A stretch of DNA of 64,000 bases from positions 3,486,524 to 3,550,523 of the forward strand of contig MU053873.1 in assembly GCA_013239625.1 (NCBI GenBank). Reading direction: 5' to 3'. The notes under the pieces are model-generated. The model made no database searches. It saw only the letters and a program-made list of their open reading frames with translations, and was not told the DNA's origin. This document shows positions 1-14,603 of the stretch, in pieces. Source of the stretch: Lama guanicoe (taxonomy: Eukaryota). The position numbers and the translations under genes were made by a program. Each line of letters opens with the position of its first letter. Positions within the stretch are counted from its first letter, which is position 1.

Positions 1-1524
1 AACTTCTGCATTGCCCAGTTCCCTCTGGCCCCTAACCTGGTGGCCTTCCCTCCATGGTCCTGTCTTGGCCTGTGCCTTTCAGCTGGGAAATTATATCAGT
101 CCAAGAAAGGCCACCACAGACCCCAATCTGCTAAGGAAAGGCATATAGATCTCCCATGCCACACCTTACAAGTCATCTGGGACCAGTGGCTGCAGGCCAT
201 CAGTGAATTCATCCCCCACGTCTCAGGGACCGTCCCTCCTTCCCATCTCAGTCAATTCTGTTTCTTCTTTCCTGGTTGCAGCTCCCAAAATGGTCTCATT
301 CTGTCAGAGCTCATGGGTATAGATTCCAACAGGCCAGACTCAGTAACAAAACCCTGGGGCCTGGGCCAGGCCGGGCATCCCCCTGATCCACCAGGAAGGG
401 GGTTGTGTCCTCCTGGGATGTGCTCTAGACCAGCCAGCACTTCCAGACACTTACGTTGTTGAAATTGCCAAAGTGCAGATTCAGAGTCAGAGGTCCAGGG
501 TGGGGCCTGAGGTTCTGCATTGAGAAACGCAGACTTCCCAGTAGGGCCAAAGCCACTGAAACTTGGGCCGCACACTAAACCTGCCAAAGCAGGATCTGCC
601 CCGTAACAAGATACCCAGGCGATTCCAGGGCACATCGAAGTATGCCAAGCCCTGCTCTAGGTCACCCTGGGACCTCTAGTTCAGGCCCTGAAATAGTTCA
701 AGCAGGCGTCACAGAGGCGGGTTCTACAGAGAGAAGGGTCAGATCAGCTGGGCCCAAATGGGCAGCCCCGAGAGAAAGGGGGAGAAGAGGGAGAAATGGG
801 CTGGGGAAGATTGATGCAGGGCCTGGGAGCCACAGGGGAATCGAAGCTATCTTAGGAGCAGTGGGAGGCCAGTGGACGGTTTCGAAGAGAAGCGTGATGA
901 CATCAGATGTGCCTTTTTATAAGAGTCTGCTGGCTGGAGATACAGGACAGGTGAGCAAGAGGGAACCTGGGAGCAATTCAGGGTGGTAATCCAGGAGACC
1001 AGGATGAGGGTGGCTACAGAAGGCAGACCAGCACATCACATGTGAGGCGCACCAAGTGTGTTCCAAGATGGAGGGGACTCATCCAGGGTGATTTGCAGGC
1101 CTCCAAGGCAGCAGTAAGAACAGAAGGAAAGTCCTCCTTCCAACCTCCCTGGAACCTTGAGAATAAGTCTTTTATTTCCACATCCAGAAGATGCCCACAG
1201 CTTGCCAACTTATCCTGCTTCCAAACCCTCCCTTCTTCAATCCACCTGACAACTTGCTGCCCCTGCTCAAGAACTTTCAGTAGCTCCCTACTGCCTTCCA
1301 AATCATCTTCAAATTCCTCCGCCAACACTTCTGTGCTCTGCCTTCTATTTCTGCCACACATGTTCATGCTTTCATTCATTCAACAGATATTTACTGAGTA
1401 CCATCAATGAGGCAGGCAGTAAAAAGAAATCACTCATCTGCCAAGACACAGAATCAGTCCCTGGAGGTTTATAGCCACACTGAAATGCTCTTCCAAATAA
1501 GCCACTTTGGCTCTATAAAATAGA

Positions 1525-1570
1525 AATAATAATAATAATAATAATAACAATAACAACAACAACAACAACA
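1525..1570 (+). repeat. Compound (AAT)n(AAC)n microsatellite at a MIR end
   Basis: Directly visible. Confidence 0.95.
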
Positions 1571-3229
1571 GATAATACTTAGTAAGCGCTTACTGTGTGC
1601 CAATTGCCACGTTGAACACTTTGTGTGACTATCATTAAATCTGCCCCAAACACCCACGATGGAGACGGTGAGTCTCATTTTAAACATGAGAAAAACATCG
1701 AGTTACTTGCAAAACGAGTACAATAACTAAATTAATAGGATCTGAACCCAGGCAGCCTGAGTCCAGAGTTAGTTCCCCTGATTCCTGTCTTCTAAATGTC
1801 CCTATACTCTAAGTCATGGGGCTGCTGGGTCAACCAGAATAACCTTGTACCTGTTCAAGTATGCAAGCAGCTATATAAATCCTATTAAAATGTTCCTTTC
1901 AATTCACTTCCTGCAACTCACTGAGCCAGGGTCACTTTGGTCAAGCTGATTCCAGCCTTGGAAGCGTCTCCTTCTGGTTCCTTTTCCTGGGATATTCCCC
2001 TTTGAGGTCTTTTCTTGGCCTCCCACCATTGTCTGCCCACATGCCACCCCTGGCATCTCTCTGAGAGAGACTCCACTCAACCACCTCTGAGCTATAAGCA
2101 GAGCTGTCAAGCAGTCTCCTTGGGGCTTGCCGCATTTCCCAAGCCCTTTTCTGCTTCCTTTCCCCTTTCTCTCTTCCTCTCCCCTCCCTCCCATCTCCCC
2201 CTGCCCCTTTAGCCCTTCAGGCACAAATGCCCCTCTTGACTTCTGCATGCCTGCCTCCTTAATCAAAAGCTGCTCTCATGAAAAGACTTCCTGTCAGTCA
2301 TTTACACCTTAGTATGAATTTGTTCCCCCAAATGTCTGCATTTTAAAGTCATCTGAGTATAAAATGGTAGGCTTTGCTCTTCTTAAAAGGATTTTATTTA
2401 CCAAGATTTTTGGGGGGGGGAGGAGTGGGGGAAGATATATTGAGGGCAGTAAGATTTTCTACCCCAGGAATCATTCAGCTGACCTCCTGGTGGGACTAGA
2501 GTGATTTCAGGGTCTCGGTACAGTTGAGAAGAAAGAGGATGGATATTGAAGTAGGTCTTGAACTTCTAATGTTGCTTTCATGATCTTAGATGAAGCGACT
2601 TCCCCTCTCTGAATCTCCATTGTCTCCTCTGTCATTAAGGGTAATTACTTATCACAGAGATGATCACGAGGATTAAAGGAAATAAGAAGGCACATGGTAA
2701 GGGCTCAACCGGACATGAATGAGTGAAGTCTGCACCGGTACAGTCAGCCCAATGGACCCTGTACCTGGACTTGCCAACACCACACATGCTCCCAGCACCC
2801 CCACTGCCCACCATTGTTTCCAGAAAGAGTGGAGCATGGAATTTGGCAGGAGACCACAAAAAGTCCTGGAATCCTGACCACTCTCAAGTCCAGAATGCTC
2901 TCCTTCAGAGAATCACATTTTCGGGGCCAATTTTAAGTATTTAAGACTTAATTGAGGATTGGAATCACTCCCGTCCTGGATCTCTCCTTCCTGGTACTGT
3001 GACCAGCCAACGTCACCCCCTGCCATGCCAGCTTTATGACCTTCTCTATCAGTATCACCAAACCTGACCCCTCCGAGAGCAGACATTAGTCCCCTGGAGT
3101 GAATCATAATTCAGCCACCATAAACCCCAGACCCAAAGTGATAATTATTGGAAGATGAAGAAAGCTCTTGTCCTAGTCTCCAGGAAGCCAAGTAAGTTCT
3201 CAGAATAAAAAAAATTACATTGATTTCTG

Positions 3230-3790
3230 TTCATTCATTTGTTCATAGATAACTTCACTCCATCAATCACTTATTTAGCAAATCTTTACTGGGGTCACTG
3301 GGATGATAGTGGGAGCCAGGTATATACCCTCTACTTTCATGGAATAACATTCTAGCAGGGGGACTTCGTTGGCAGTTAATTGATTATTTCATTGAAATTG
3401 TGTTGTGTGCCAAAAGCATATAGGTGTCTGAGAGTCCCTATAACAGGGACCTCACAATCAGGGGTGAATCCTGGAGGGCCTCTCTGAGGAGGTGACGTTA
3501 CAGCTGAGAACAGAAGGATGAGCAGAAAGAGGGAGGGCAATGGCTTCCAGGTGGAAGATGCAGGCTGGGAAAAGGCCCGGAGTGGAAGGAGCATGGATGG
3601 AGAACATGGATGGGGTGTGAGGTGAGGCCTGAGACAGGGCAGAAGTCAGACCCTGCAGGGCCCTGGAGACCTCACTAAGGAGCAGGTTTTTGTCCAAGAG
3701 CAATGGGGAGCCATGGATAGTGTTAAGCAGGGATGTGATACGATCCAGTTGACCATGTGAACAAGAGCTCTGGCAGCTCTCTGGATAAAG
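3230..3790 (-). mobile_element. L2 LINE fragment (further L2 pieces at about 760-1010, 10620-11100, 16000-16470, 35250-35850, 42060-42320, 53930-54600, 59570-59940)
   Basis: ttcattcatt tail; ggcctctctgaggaggtgacgttacagctgaga; caatggggagccatggatagtgttaagcagggatgtgata. Confidence 0.7.
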
Positions 3791-4611
3791 ACCTTCCTGT
3801 CCCTTTAACATAGTCCCAAAAAAGGCATGGGTAGGGGTTGGGCAGGAGGCTGGATTTTTCTGGAGGACTTTCCTTATAAACTGCTTTAAATAGAACTAAG
3901 AGGAAGCAAACAAATGATGGCTCTGGCATCCAAGCCTTATTTTTTTCTAAACAAATAAGAAAAATGAGCAACATGAGACCAAAATGTTTCCATCTTGAGG
4001 CCTTGAAAAGAAGTGTCTGTTTTGCCTCCTCCTCTGAAGCACAAGGGACCAGTGTGTACCATGCAAATAGATGCCACATGCAAATGGTAACTTATGGGAC
4101 TAATCAACTGGGGACAAAGGTTCTGCAGGGTCACTGCAGGATCCTGGTGCCAGGGTTGGATTTGACAGCATCTGACATCTCCCCTAGGCTCACCCACTGT
4201 TGTTGCCTCATCAGTTCAGTTACCATCCGTGTGGACACCCAGCACATGATTAAGAAACTTCTTAAGCTGAGCCCTTGCTCAAGAAATGTTGCCACCATTA
4301 ACAGCCCACTTGGGAGTCTTTGTGACTATACTGATCACACTTAGAATCCAACAAATGTGCAAGAGAGAAAGTGATTTCCCAAGACTGTAGGATGACTGTC
4401 CCATGGGACGTTTGGCTCCAAAAGCCTTCATCTGCTGGTCATGGGTTGTAGGACTTAAGCGTCTCCACAGGGAGTTGTTCCCCACCCCCTACCAAAATCC
4501 AGAAAGATGTGGTTATCTATTACCAGCACTTAAACTGGGTAAGATCTGTTGGCTGATCACATCGAATTTCTCAATTGCATTCTGTTATCTCTGTGCAGAG
4601 ACAAGGCTTTG

Positions 4612-5101
4612 GCATTTAGTTCTTGCTGTGTAGCAATAACACAGGGTCTCAAAGACCCTGCAGGTCAGAAGTCTGGATATGGCTTAATGGAGTCCTCTGT
4701 TCAGGGTCTCACAAGGCTGCAATCAAGTGTCAGCCGGGGCTGCAATCTCATCTGAGTCTCGCCCAGGGAAGGGTCGGCCTCCAAGTTTACACGACTGCAG
4801 CCAACACTTAGTTCCTTGCAGCCTGTTGGATTCAGGGTCCTGGATTCTTGCTGACTGTTGACCAGAGGCTTCCTTCAGCTCCTAGAAGCTGCACTCAGAT
4901 CCGCACTCCACGGGCCTCTCCAACATGACCGCATACTTCATCCAGGCATCTCAAGATGAACATTATAATCTTACACATGCCATCCCCTTTGCATGTTGCA
5001 CTAGTTTGAAACCACATGGAAAGCCTCCAGGAAAGGGGGCTACTGGTGGCATTCCTCCTGGTGGGATCACAGGGGTCGCCCTAGAGCTTGTCTCCTGTCA
5101 C
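4612..5101 (-). mobile_element. MLT1 LTR
   Basis: ggtcagaagtctggatatggcttaatggagtcctctgttcagggtctcacaaggctgcaatcaagtgtcagccggggctgc. Confidence 0.7.
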
Positions 5102-5614
5102 TTTGGGACTCGTTCCTCCATTGAAGGAGAAGAATACAGTCCTTGGTCACTGGTTAAGGTAACTTGCTATTTGTTTAAAAAAAAATGATATGGTGAGGCG
5201 AAATTTGTACTTTGAATGATGAAAAAGAATTAGTTCTTTCACCATAGTCTAGATTGAATGAGGGTGCAGGCCAGACCTGAAGATGATACTTAATGAAATA
5301 ATACAGACACACATGGGGATGAGGTCCATGGCGACTGTGCCCCAGAGGACCCCAACCCAAACGCTGACTTGGTTGGTGATAGTCAGAATTGATCATGGGA
5401 GATACCTAGCAGGGACCAGGACCAGCGTGTTAGGTGTAGAGTTTGAATCTCACCTTTATTATACACCAGCCAAGTGCCTTTAAACCAGGGGCCTGACCTC
5501 CCAACGCCTCTGGTTCTTTATTCAGAAAGTGGGAAGAATAGTAGGCTTGTCATGAGGGTTTGAGAGAATCCAGCTAATATAACATATAGAGACACCTGTG
5601 ACAGAGTTTTAAGT

Positions 5615-6190
5615 CGGAATGGCTAAAACAAAAAAATACAAACAAAACCAAATGGCGATGAGGATGTGAAGCGAATGGAGCTCTTAAATACCACTGGTGT
5701 AAGTGTCCATTGGTTTGACCATTTTGGAAAATTGTTTGGCAGTATCTGCTAAAGGTAAATATATGTTTACCATAGGCCTGAGAACTTCTACTTCAAGATA
5801 AAAATAAAGGAGTGCTTATGAATACCTAAACACCCTGCACACGAACGTTCACATTAACTGTACTCCCAGCAAAAACTGAAACAACCCAGATATCCATGAA
5901 CCATCCAGCAGATACATTATAGCATGGTCATGTGATGAAATATTACACAGGAAGGAAAAAGGACAACCTATGACTACAGACAACAATGTGGATAAATCGT
6001 ATACACATACTGTTGAGTTATAGAAGCCATGGACATGAGAATACATGTGGTATGAGATCACTTACAGGCAACTGAAAGACAGGCAAAACGAATCGATGTT
6101 GATAATGATCAGAATAGGGTTACCTTTGGTGGTGATTGACTAGGAGGAGAGGGAAGGAGCCTTCTGGAGGCTGGAAATCAAGTTGTTATT
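5615..6190 (+). mobile_element. Old L1 (L1ME-like) ORF2 end and 3'UTR
   Basis: gaatggctaaaa...gaggatgtgaagcgaatggagctct...ccattttggaaaattgtttggcagtatctgctaaag. Confidence 0.75.
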
Positions 6191-7151
6191 GACTTGATTT
6201 AAGCAAATAAAAATACGGTGATTGGTGTTGGCCTCCTGGTTCCAATTCCTAACTCTTCTTGGCAGCAGGCTGCCTGCCCTCGCCAGGCATTAGGAGAGAG
6301 GGCACTCATCCTTCCCCCACCCAAGGGCTCTTCACACACTCATGTTTACCAGTGAGGCAACCTGGGTGTGCAACTCTGTTATTTAGTATCTACGTGGATT
6401 CAATCAGAGGCAGATGGAGATGTGCATCCTGCATCCTGCCTGGAGTTCTCAAATGCAAAACTAAAAACCTCTCCTTCCTCAGCGTTCTCTCTACCCATCC
6501 CAGAGGATCAGGCCCACAGCATCCCACCTGGGACCCTCTGAGTGTACGCAGGGGCATCTTGTTGCAACAGTAACACTGGGGAGATTTGGTGTCCTGGGCC
6601 CCCACGTTTAGAACCTGAGCAGCCCTTCCAGGCATGTGTAAGTTGCGTCATACTCTGTGACCACAAATATGTCTGTCAATGGCAGATGCATCCCCTTCCC
6701 CGTCTTACTGATGGCAGCGGGTGTAAAAGAGCGTGGTTTCCATTATACTTGTCTCTGGGTGGGACCTATGGCAGAGCCTGCCCCCAGCCCCTTCTCACAT
6801 CGCCCTCCCTCTGAAGTCCCAAGCCCCTAGCTTTCCCCTCCTTGAGCTCTAACTTCTCATTTCTACCATGTTATTAGGCTCATTTTTATTTTCTTTTACT
6901 CTTCATCACTTTGCACGCTGTAAGCACTCAACAGGAGTGATCACTCCTTGGCAGAAAATGAGTGTTGCAGTCCCTAGAGAAGTGAGCCCCAAATGGAGCA
7001 GAAATAACCCAGGCAGACCCATGGCAGCCTGGCTGAATTCACCCTCAAAATGCTTTGACACTCTCGACTGAGTCGAGGGACAACACGCAACTTTCTGATC
7101 AACATCGCTTCCTTCGAAGATTCCTTGATTTCGAGAAGAGATGCCCCATAT

Positions 7152-7330
7152 CAGTGTTTTTTAAGCTGTGACTCAAAGCCAATTGGCAGGTCATGAAATC
7201 CATTTAGACAGATTGCAAGCAGCATTTTCAAATAACGAAGTAAAATAGAATGGTATAAAAATCGTGAGAAAGTGAGTCGCAGAGTTTGAAGCGCTGTTTT
7301 GTGAACCATTTGTTACAGAGGTGTGTGGCA

Positions 7331-7377
<47 letters not shown>

Positions 7378-7448
7378 CTGTGTATTGGGCTTCTTTGTAA
7401 AATGTGCTTCTTACTGTGAGCCGTGATCAAAGGCTTTGAAAGTCCCTG
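7152..7448 (+). mobile_element. hAT-Charlie MITE (MER103-like)
   Basis: CAGTG...CTG termini; tcatgaaatccatttag and gtaaaatgtgcttcttactgtgagccgtgatcaaaggctttgaaag. Confidence 0.75.
7331..7377 (+). repeat. (GT)11(GA)12 compound microsatellite
   Basis: Directly visible, inside the MER103-like element. Confidence 0.95.
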
Positions 7449-8409
7449 ATCCAGATAATATGTCCACAAGCATCCTGGTTAATGCAAAGATAAATTAATA
7501 AGTTGACCACTCTCCATTGACTTGTAAAATTGCGACCCTAAACCAGATGTCAGTCCCTGAAGCAACTCATGGTTGTTCCCACCAAGATACAACCACCCCA
7601 CAGAAGGCTCTGCCTGATCATCACCCTGACTCCGCCCACTTTAATGTAGAAATGGAAATTGCAACCACAGTGATCAATGCAAATTGCTTTAGGTGACAAC
7701 ACTTTGGACCTTTTGGACGGACAACAAGCACTTTGGAGAACAGGCTTTCAGAGTGTGGCCTCTTAAGAGGTGGGTCACTCATAAGAGGCTCCATTACAGG
7801 CCAAATTGAGTGCTGTGTGGTTTAGAGCATGACACTTAACCTCTCTGGGCTCCTGTTTTCTCGATGATGAAACAAGGAGTAAGTGGGGCTGGGAGGGAAC
7901 AGAGGAGACATAACCTACTTTTTTTCTTTTTCAACTTCTGTGTCCTTTAATTTCCAATAAGGAGATGTTGCTTTTGTAACTTTAAAATACAAGATTTAAA
8001 GTTAACAAAAAAGGAGAGAGTCAGGCTAGATTGTGATTTCTCGACGTTGGAAACTCACATCCCCTTTTATAAGATGGAAGGTACATGTGCTTGGGCCACC
8101 TTTGCAGGCTGGCCCTTCCCATGTCGATTTCAGACCAGATTCAGGACACCTATGAGGAAGAAGGGATGGAAGAAGGGATGGGGAGGGGAGGGAGGGAAGG
8201 GGAGGAAAAGGAAAGCAGCAAAGTCATCTTGAACATGTGGCCAAGGAGTGTGGATTTTACTGAAGATCTGGTGGAGACGCAGAGGGAATTACATCACACA
8301 TCACACAACAGAACTGCCTAAATACCGTCTTGGGAGTTTTCTGTGCTTTCTCTCTGTTCCATGAATACAAGGACTGTGTCTTTCTTATTGTCCACCCCAT
8401 CCCGCTCTT

Positions 8410-8985
8410 CTGGATGATACTGTTAGCAAACTTGGTTATGCTGGGAGCCACGAGTCCCAGACTGCCTTTCTCTATACCACTCTGGGTTAGAGTTACTGAA
8501 AAGTGAAGTTGCGCGGGACCAGGGAGACCCAAGTGAAGCAGCAGCCGTCGCGCTCTGAAGGTTGTCCTTGGTCAGGTGAGGTGAGAGGCAGACAGATGCA
8601 GAAGTGCCTGCAGCTTCCAGTTTGTCCTCACCCTTCTCTGCTCTGCATCCAGCTGTCCCCAACAGTAATGTCAAGCCCGTCTCTAGACACTTAGCTGTGA
8701 GTTCACACAGGTACCAGCCATGCACTTCGAAAGACCTCTATGGACTTTTACACCAGCCCCTTTCATGGGTCCCCTGCATCAGTTGGACATACCATGCTTC
8801 CTGATCTTCCTGCGAGCTCCTGCTCCAGAGCTTGCTGGGGAATTCTCTTCACCCTCCGCACTCCCTTATGAATCTTTTCTCCCCCAGCTTCTTCCCCATC
8901 CGTGTTTGTTCTGATTCCTATCATGCAGACCTCAGTCTGTAACACCATGTGTTTCTCCTTCCTTGACTGGCCCCTCAGAGACACA
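8410..8985. mobile_element. Old ERVL LTR (LTR33-like)
   Basis: Ends tttctccttccttgactggcccctcagagacaca. Confidence 0.45.
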
Positions 8986-11900
8986 TCAGGGTCTGGCCTC
9001 CCAGCCTCAAAGACAACGGGTATAAAATGGGGCTAAAGATTTCACTGAAAAGCCAGATCCCTTAGGACCTTACATTTTGGATAAGGAGTTTGGACCAAAT
9101 CCTGAGGGCACTAGGGAGCCACTGAGTGTAATACACAGACACCAAGTGCTATGAAGAGGATGGATGAGTGGAGAGTCAGAGAGGCTGTGAGGGAACCAGG
9201 GAAAGGGTGATCACACACCTCCCCAAGTATTTATTTGTGTCTCTATAGATGGAGCAGTTGTTCAATGAAAGTTAAACTTTAATCATGTTATGACAGTCAA
9301 TAAATCACTTGTCAAGCTAATATTGACTATTTCTGGGCCATGGCCCCTTAATAATAGGTGAATGGTCACCTCTTTTCCCAGCCAGGATCTAGAACTTCAG
9401 AACTTTCAGAAATAGTCTGGACAACATGGATAAGATCAGCAAATGGACTGGAAAAGATGGATGAGGAACACTGAGATGACAGACAAGAGGTGACACTTTA
9501 AATAATAGCCACGTGGTAGCACCAGGGACCAAGTCTACAGAGGCTGGTTCATCGGCAACAATAAGAAAATGTTCCAAAAAATGAACAGTGAAAAAAATGA
9601 AAGAAAAAGAAAATTCTGGTCTCCCTTGCCAACCGACCGCTGCCCTTCCAGCTCTGTTCCAATGTTCACACTTCTTTTCAGTTCATCCAGAATGGGCTGT
9701 GAGTGCACCAATTTTCAGAGCAGTTTTCTGAGGCTACAACTTGATCCGACATTATCTTTCTGAGAATTAAGCCTTAAAAGAAGCACCTGCATTTTTCCTT
9801 ATCTTCTAGGAAAATAGAAAAAAATGAGAAAGGAAGAAGAGAAGGGTGGGTTTTGACTGTATATTCTGGTTTCAGTTTTTTTAAAAAAAGATACAGCTGG
9901 CTTGAGCATCATTCTTTTAAATTTCTGCTTTGAGGCTTACATTCAATAACAATATTTTATTGAGAAGGACCCCCCCGCCGCCACCAACTACCGCCCAGAA
10001 AACCTGTAGGGGCGTGTGATCAGAGCTGGCAGCAGAGAGAGGAGGTGGAGGAAGTTAGCCAACAGCTTAGAGAAAAATCATTTTCATTTCTTCTGAAATT
10101 AAGGGAACTAACTTTATTCCCACCTCATAACAAGGAAGTAGAAAGAAATGATAATGCTGAACTGCAAGGGGCCCCGGGGTATACTTTTGTTCCCCTAAGT
10201 GGCTCCTCTCGGATTACAGCTTGGAGGAGAGGCTCTTGGGAGTGATAAAGGCTCTGAGAGAGCACAGACCCCAGAATATCAGGCAGAAACTGGGTGATAA
10301 TATGTGATGAAGCTTCTCACGTTGGTTCTGTTATTTTCTAGATGAAGATGCTTCTCTCCTTCTCTCTCTCTCTGTGTCACTGTCTCTCTTTGTCACATGC
10401 ACACTCATACATACACACCATTCCTTTTAGAAATACTCTATGGATAAACTTGAATAACCATCTGCCAAGCAGCAACCTGCCCCCAGCCCCCTTTCACACT
10501 GCCCTCCCACCTGTGAGGTCCCAATCCCCCCGCCAGGACAACATCACAGGTCCCTTCCATCTCCCACCCTGCGCCAAAGTACACTGCTGCTTCCATCTGT
10601 CTCCTAAGGTTCTGACCACTCTTTACCCAGTGCCAGATATGGGGACAAGTGCTGGAGACATTGGGGCACCAGAATGGGCAAGGGCCCTGCCCTTGGAGAA
10701 CTCTTATTCTAACAGGAGACAGAGATAACAAGTGAATAAATGAGCCAGATACGGTTAGACCGTAAAAAGTACTATGAAAGAACTAAACGGTGATTTGGAA
10801 AGAGGGCCAGACAAAGAGACTCCCTTTAGCTGGGTGGTCAGGAAATTTCTTTCTGAAGAGGAACTGAGCTCTGTGTAGATGCCAGAAAAAGGAGAAGCCA
10901 GAATAGCACTCTAGGCAAAGGGAATAGCAAGTGCAAAGTTCCTGGGGCAGGAATGAGCTGAAAGGAATAGGTGGGAGTACAGCTGATAAGATCAGAGACA
11001 TAGGCAGGGAACAGGTTATACAATGTTTTACAGACTCTGTTAAGAGTTGAGAGGGAGCCCTGGAGGGGTTTTGCCCAGGTGTAAGAAGGTCCATATTTTC
11101 AAAATGAAATATTTATCATCTTTTTGCCTGCAGTCTTCGAATAATTAGACTCTCTTTGGTTATCAAGATAAACAGCTATTTCTATGTATAGATTACTACA
11201 AACACTTGATGTGCTAGGAATTCATACTTGGCCTCATAAACTCTAAATTTTAAAACTAGAAGTAGTCTCTAAAGATCATCTATTTTAACGTCATTTAATA
11301 TTTTATGTCTTCTGCTTAAATTTTTTTACTTGATTACAAAAGTGATAAATGCTGAAATCATTGAGAATAATTTGGGGATGAGTAGTGAAAACTCAATGAA
11401 TAGGCTTAAACTATAAAAGCTATGTATTGACCTTCTTTTGAAGAAAAGGTCCAACTATATGTCAGCTTCCAGCAAAGCCTGACCCTGCTGCCTGACAATG
11501 GTGCCAAGGACCCACTCCTTTCATTGCTCTGTTTTACCATCCATAGTACATGTTTCCTCCTAAGGCTGGCTCCCTTTTCACCACAGGATGACTACCTAAA
11601 TTCTCCCATGGCTACAGCCTTCCTTGTTAGTATCTAGTGAGTCACAGTCTTTTATTTCCACTTGCCAAGCTACAATCCTGGGATTAAATTTGGACCATCT
11701 TAGGTCGTGTGCCACCCGTGAACCAGTCACTGTAGCCAGGGAAACGCAAAGAGCTCACTGGCTTAGCCCAGATCACATGCTCCACCCAGGAAGAACTCAG
11801 CAGGTGAAGTCACCTTTTCCAGAAGCGCATCAGCTGAGATTAGAGAAAAGATGATTCTCCTAAGGCAAAAATGAGGGTTCTGTTGCCCAAGTTGGGAATG

Positions 11901-12045
11901 GTCAGTATGGTGGAAACAGACCTTCAGATCATTTGTCAAAAATGAACACTCACACACAAAAATCTTATAGACGTTACAGTGTCCTGAGATAACTCAAAGT
12001 TGTCATCTTCAGCAAGCACTGCTGGTGGCCATCAGGAAGGGGGAG

Positions 12046-12455
12046 TATATTAGTCATGTTACGCTAACAGCTGTAAGAAACATATCCAGATCTCAGTGAA
12101 TTAGCACAATAATGCTTTGTCAAAATGATCCAAAGTAGGGTGGGTAGAGGGCATTTGCTCTACCCAGTCATTCAGGGATGCAGGCTTCCTGGATCTGATC
12201 AATTCCCCCGTGCCTGAGGACCCTGGAGACCTTCACTGGATTTTCTACAGCCTGTGAGCAGAGGAGGGAAGGAAGAACAAACAGAGAGGACACACCTATC
12301 CTTGACTGCCTTTGCCCAGAGGTAACACATGACACTTTGGTCTCATCCCGTTGGCTGGGACTAGTCACATGGTCCCATCTAGACACAGGAAGTGTAGTCA
12401 AGCAGGTGCTCAGGTCGAGGAGAAGAACATGGACACTGGTGTGAGCACAGTAGCT
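12046..12455 (-). mobile_element. Old MLT1 LTR
   Basis: tatattagtcatgttacgctaacagctgtaagaaac...ttggctgggactagtcacatggtccc. Confidence 0.65.
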
Positions 12456-12589
12456 TTCCAACAGTATCTCACTGATCACGGCTGCTGGAATCGCCAGTTT
12501 CTTCCATGTGCTTATTGTAGGAAATTCAGAGATCCCAGAAACACCTTCATTTGAGATTTTTATAACAAATCCACGAGAGTGAGTGCATA

Positions 12590-13085
12590 GTGAAATGAGG
12601 TAGATTATCATTCACAAATATTCACTCCATCTCCCCTGTCCAGTAAAACGAAAGACTTTGAGACTTCCCCCCTCATTCCTTGACATCAAATGAGGCCATG
12701 CGACTTGCTTTGGCCAACAGAAGGAGGCAGAGATGACTGAGTGCTGGTTCTGAGTCTAGACCTCAATGGCCCCCTCAGTTTTTGCTTGTCTTTTTGTGTT
12801 TCTGCTGTTGCCACTGGAAGAACGTGCTGGACTAGGGACTTGGCACCAGAAGAAGAAAGAAAAATAGATGGAAGACAGCCACCTCAGCCAAACCGCCCTA
12901 GATCGCCAGCCCAGCCACCACATGTGAGTCAGCCCAGCTGGGGTCAGCAGAGCCAACCAGCCAAGCCCACCTCTATCAGCCAACCAACCCCAACCAATCT
13001 GGAAAACCATGAACTCCAGAAGTGCTTCTGATTGTATGTCGTTGACCTACTGTGCTTGGTTGTCACACAGTAATAAACCAATATG
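12590..13085 (+). mobile_element. MLT1 LTR
   Basis: ggccatgcgacttgctttggccaacagaagg...tggttgtcacacagtaataaaccaatat. Confidence 0.7.
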
Positions 13086-13684
13086 GCGGGGTTTCTTAAG
13101 CTTGCAGAGGACACTGCGTTTTCCCAGGTTGTGGTCCACTGAAGGCAATGTGAAGTGGGAAGATGCTACAGAATGCTGTGAGCAGGCACGGAGGTGTCAG
13201 GCACAGGTTGGGAGGAATCCTCCAGATAATGTGCTCTGGGTGTTCACACACGATGGGGGAATGGAATTCTAGAGCCATGGTTAACATCATCCCTTGTGGC
13301 TTGAGTCCAGAGCTGAGCATCGGCCAGAAGGTGCTGGCATTGAGACAGAAAGCAGCCTTCCCCCCTGCCCAGAACCCTGAAGCATTCACGCCCAGAAGCC
13401 GCTGAGCCGTTTTGCTTACAGAGGAGCCAAGAAAGGTAGGAATGGAGCTGGAAGAGGTCCAGACACCAGGAGCAGAGAGGAACGACAGACAGAAGTCTCC
13501 CATTCTGAACAAAAGAAAACAATTGGAGAAAAAAGACCTGACCTCCAGGTGAAGGAGACACCTGTCACCAAAATACTAGAATCTGGCCCCCAGGGCTTAA
13601 TTTCTAATGCCATCCCCCAATGAAATGGAACTGGGGCTTTCTGGGGAAATGGCTGATTCTGGGACTGGGGTAGGAAATCTACAA

Positions 13685-14603
13685 GATGAGCCTTGAGGAT
13701 CCTGCAGTGTCGGAAAGGAAGCAAGTGCTCATGCAAAAACAACACACATAATACAACGGAGGCGTATCAAAGGCACACGGGAGCCAACTGGAAGAGCTCC
13801 CAGGGGCCATAGCTGGATCGATCTGGGCTATAAGATGAATAAAGAAGTATTGGATTATAACCCAAAGCATAAAATAAATAGCCATGCGTCCATACTGATA
13901 TAATAAGTGATTAAATAAATAAGTGGGGAGAACAGACAAATCTCCCACGCAGAAGAATTCCAAAAAAGGTATGTAGCTACTCTACCCTCAGCGAGGTGGA
14001 GCGTAACTCCCCCTTCCCTAAGTGGGGGTTGTACAGAGCGACTTCCTTTCAAGGAGGGGCAGGGTAGGGGTCAGGGGGGCGACTTTGATGTGGAGAAACC
14101 TGGCCAACAGAGCCTCAGCCAGGTGATCAAAGTTAAGTCATGCTGTATGTATCCTTGATAGGAATGATACTTCATCGCCACGGTCACTCTCCTAAAAACC
14201 TATGACCGCAGCTCATCACGAGAAAAGCACCAGACAAGTCATCCCAACTGAGGAGCGTTCGCCAAAACACCTGACCCGCAGTCCTCAACACTGAGGTCAT
14301 CAAAAACCAGAGAAAGTCTGAAAAATGCACCCAGCCAAGAAGAGCCTGAGAAGGTATGGCAAAGAAACAACAGCAACAAAACCCATTAGGTAAAAATTAA
14401 GGGACTCTGACCAAAGTATGGAGTTCAATTAATAATAACATTATCAGGACCAATTCATTACTTCAGGCAAATTTACTCTCTGAATGTACGATGTAATTAA
14501 TGTTAATAACAGGGGACACCAAGCGATATAGTAGAATTCTCTGCACTATCTTCGTGGTTTGTAACTTGAATTCTCTTCTCAAATAAAAACACGTATTTAA
14601 AAA
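13685..14603 (+). mobile_element. L1MC-like 3' end
   Basis: gagccaactggaagagctcc...gtattggattataacccaaagcataaaataaatagccatg; ends in aataaaaacacgtatttaaaaa. Confidence 0.75.
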
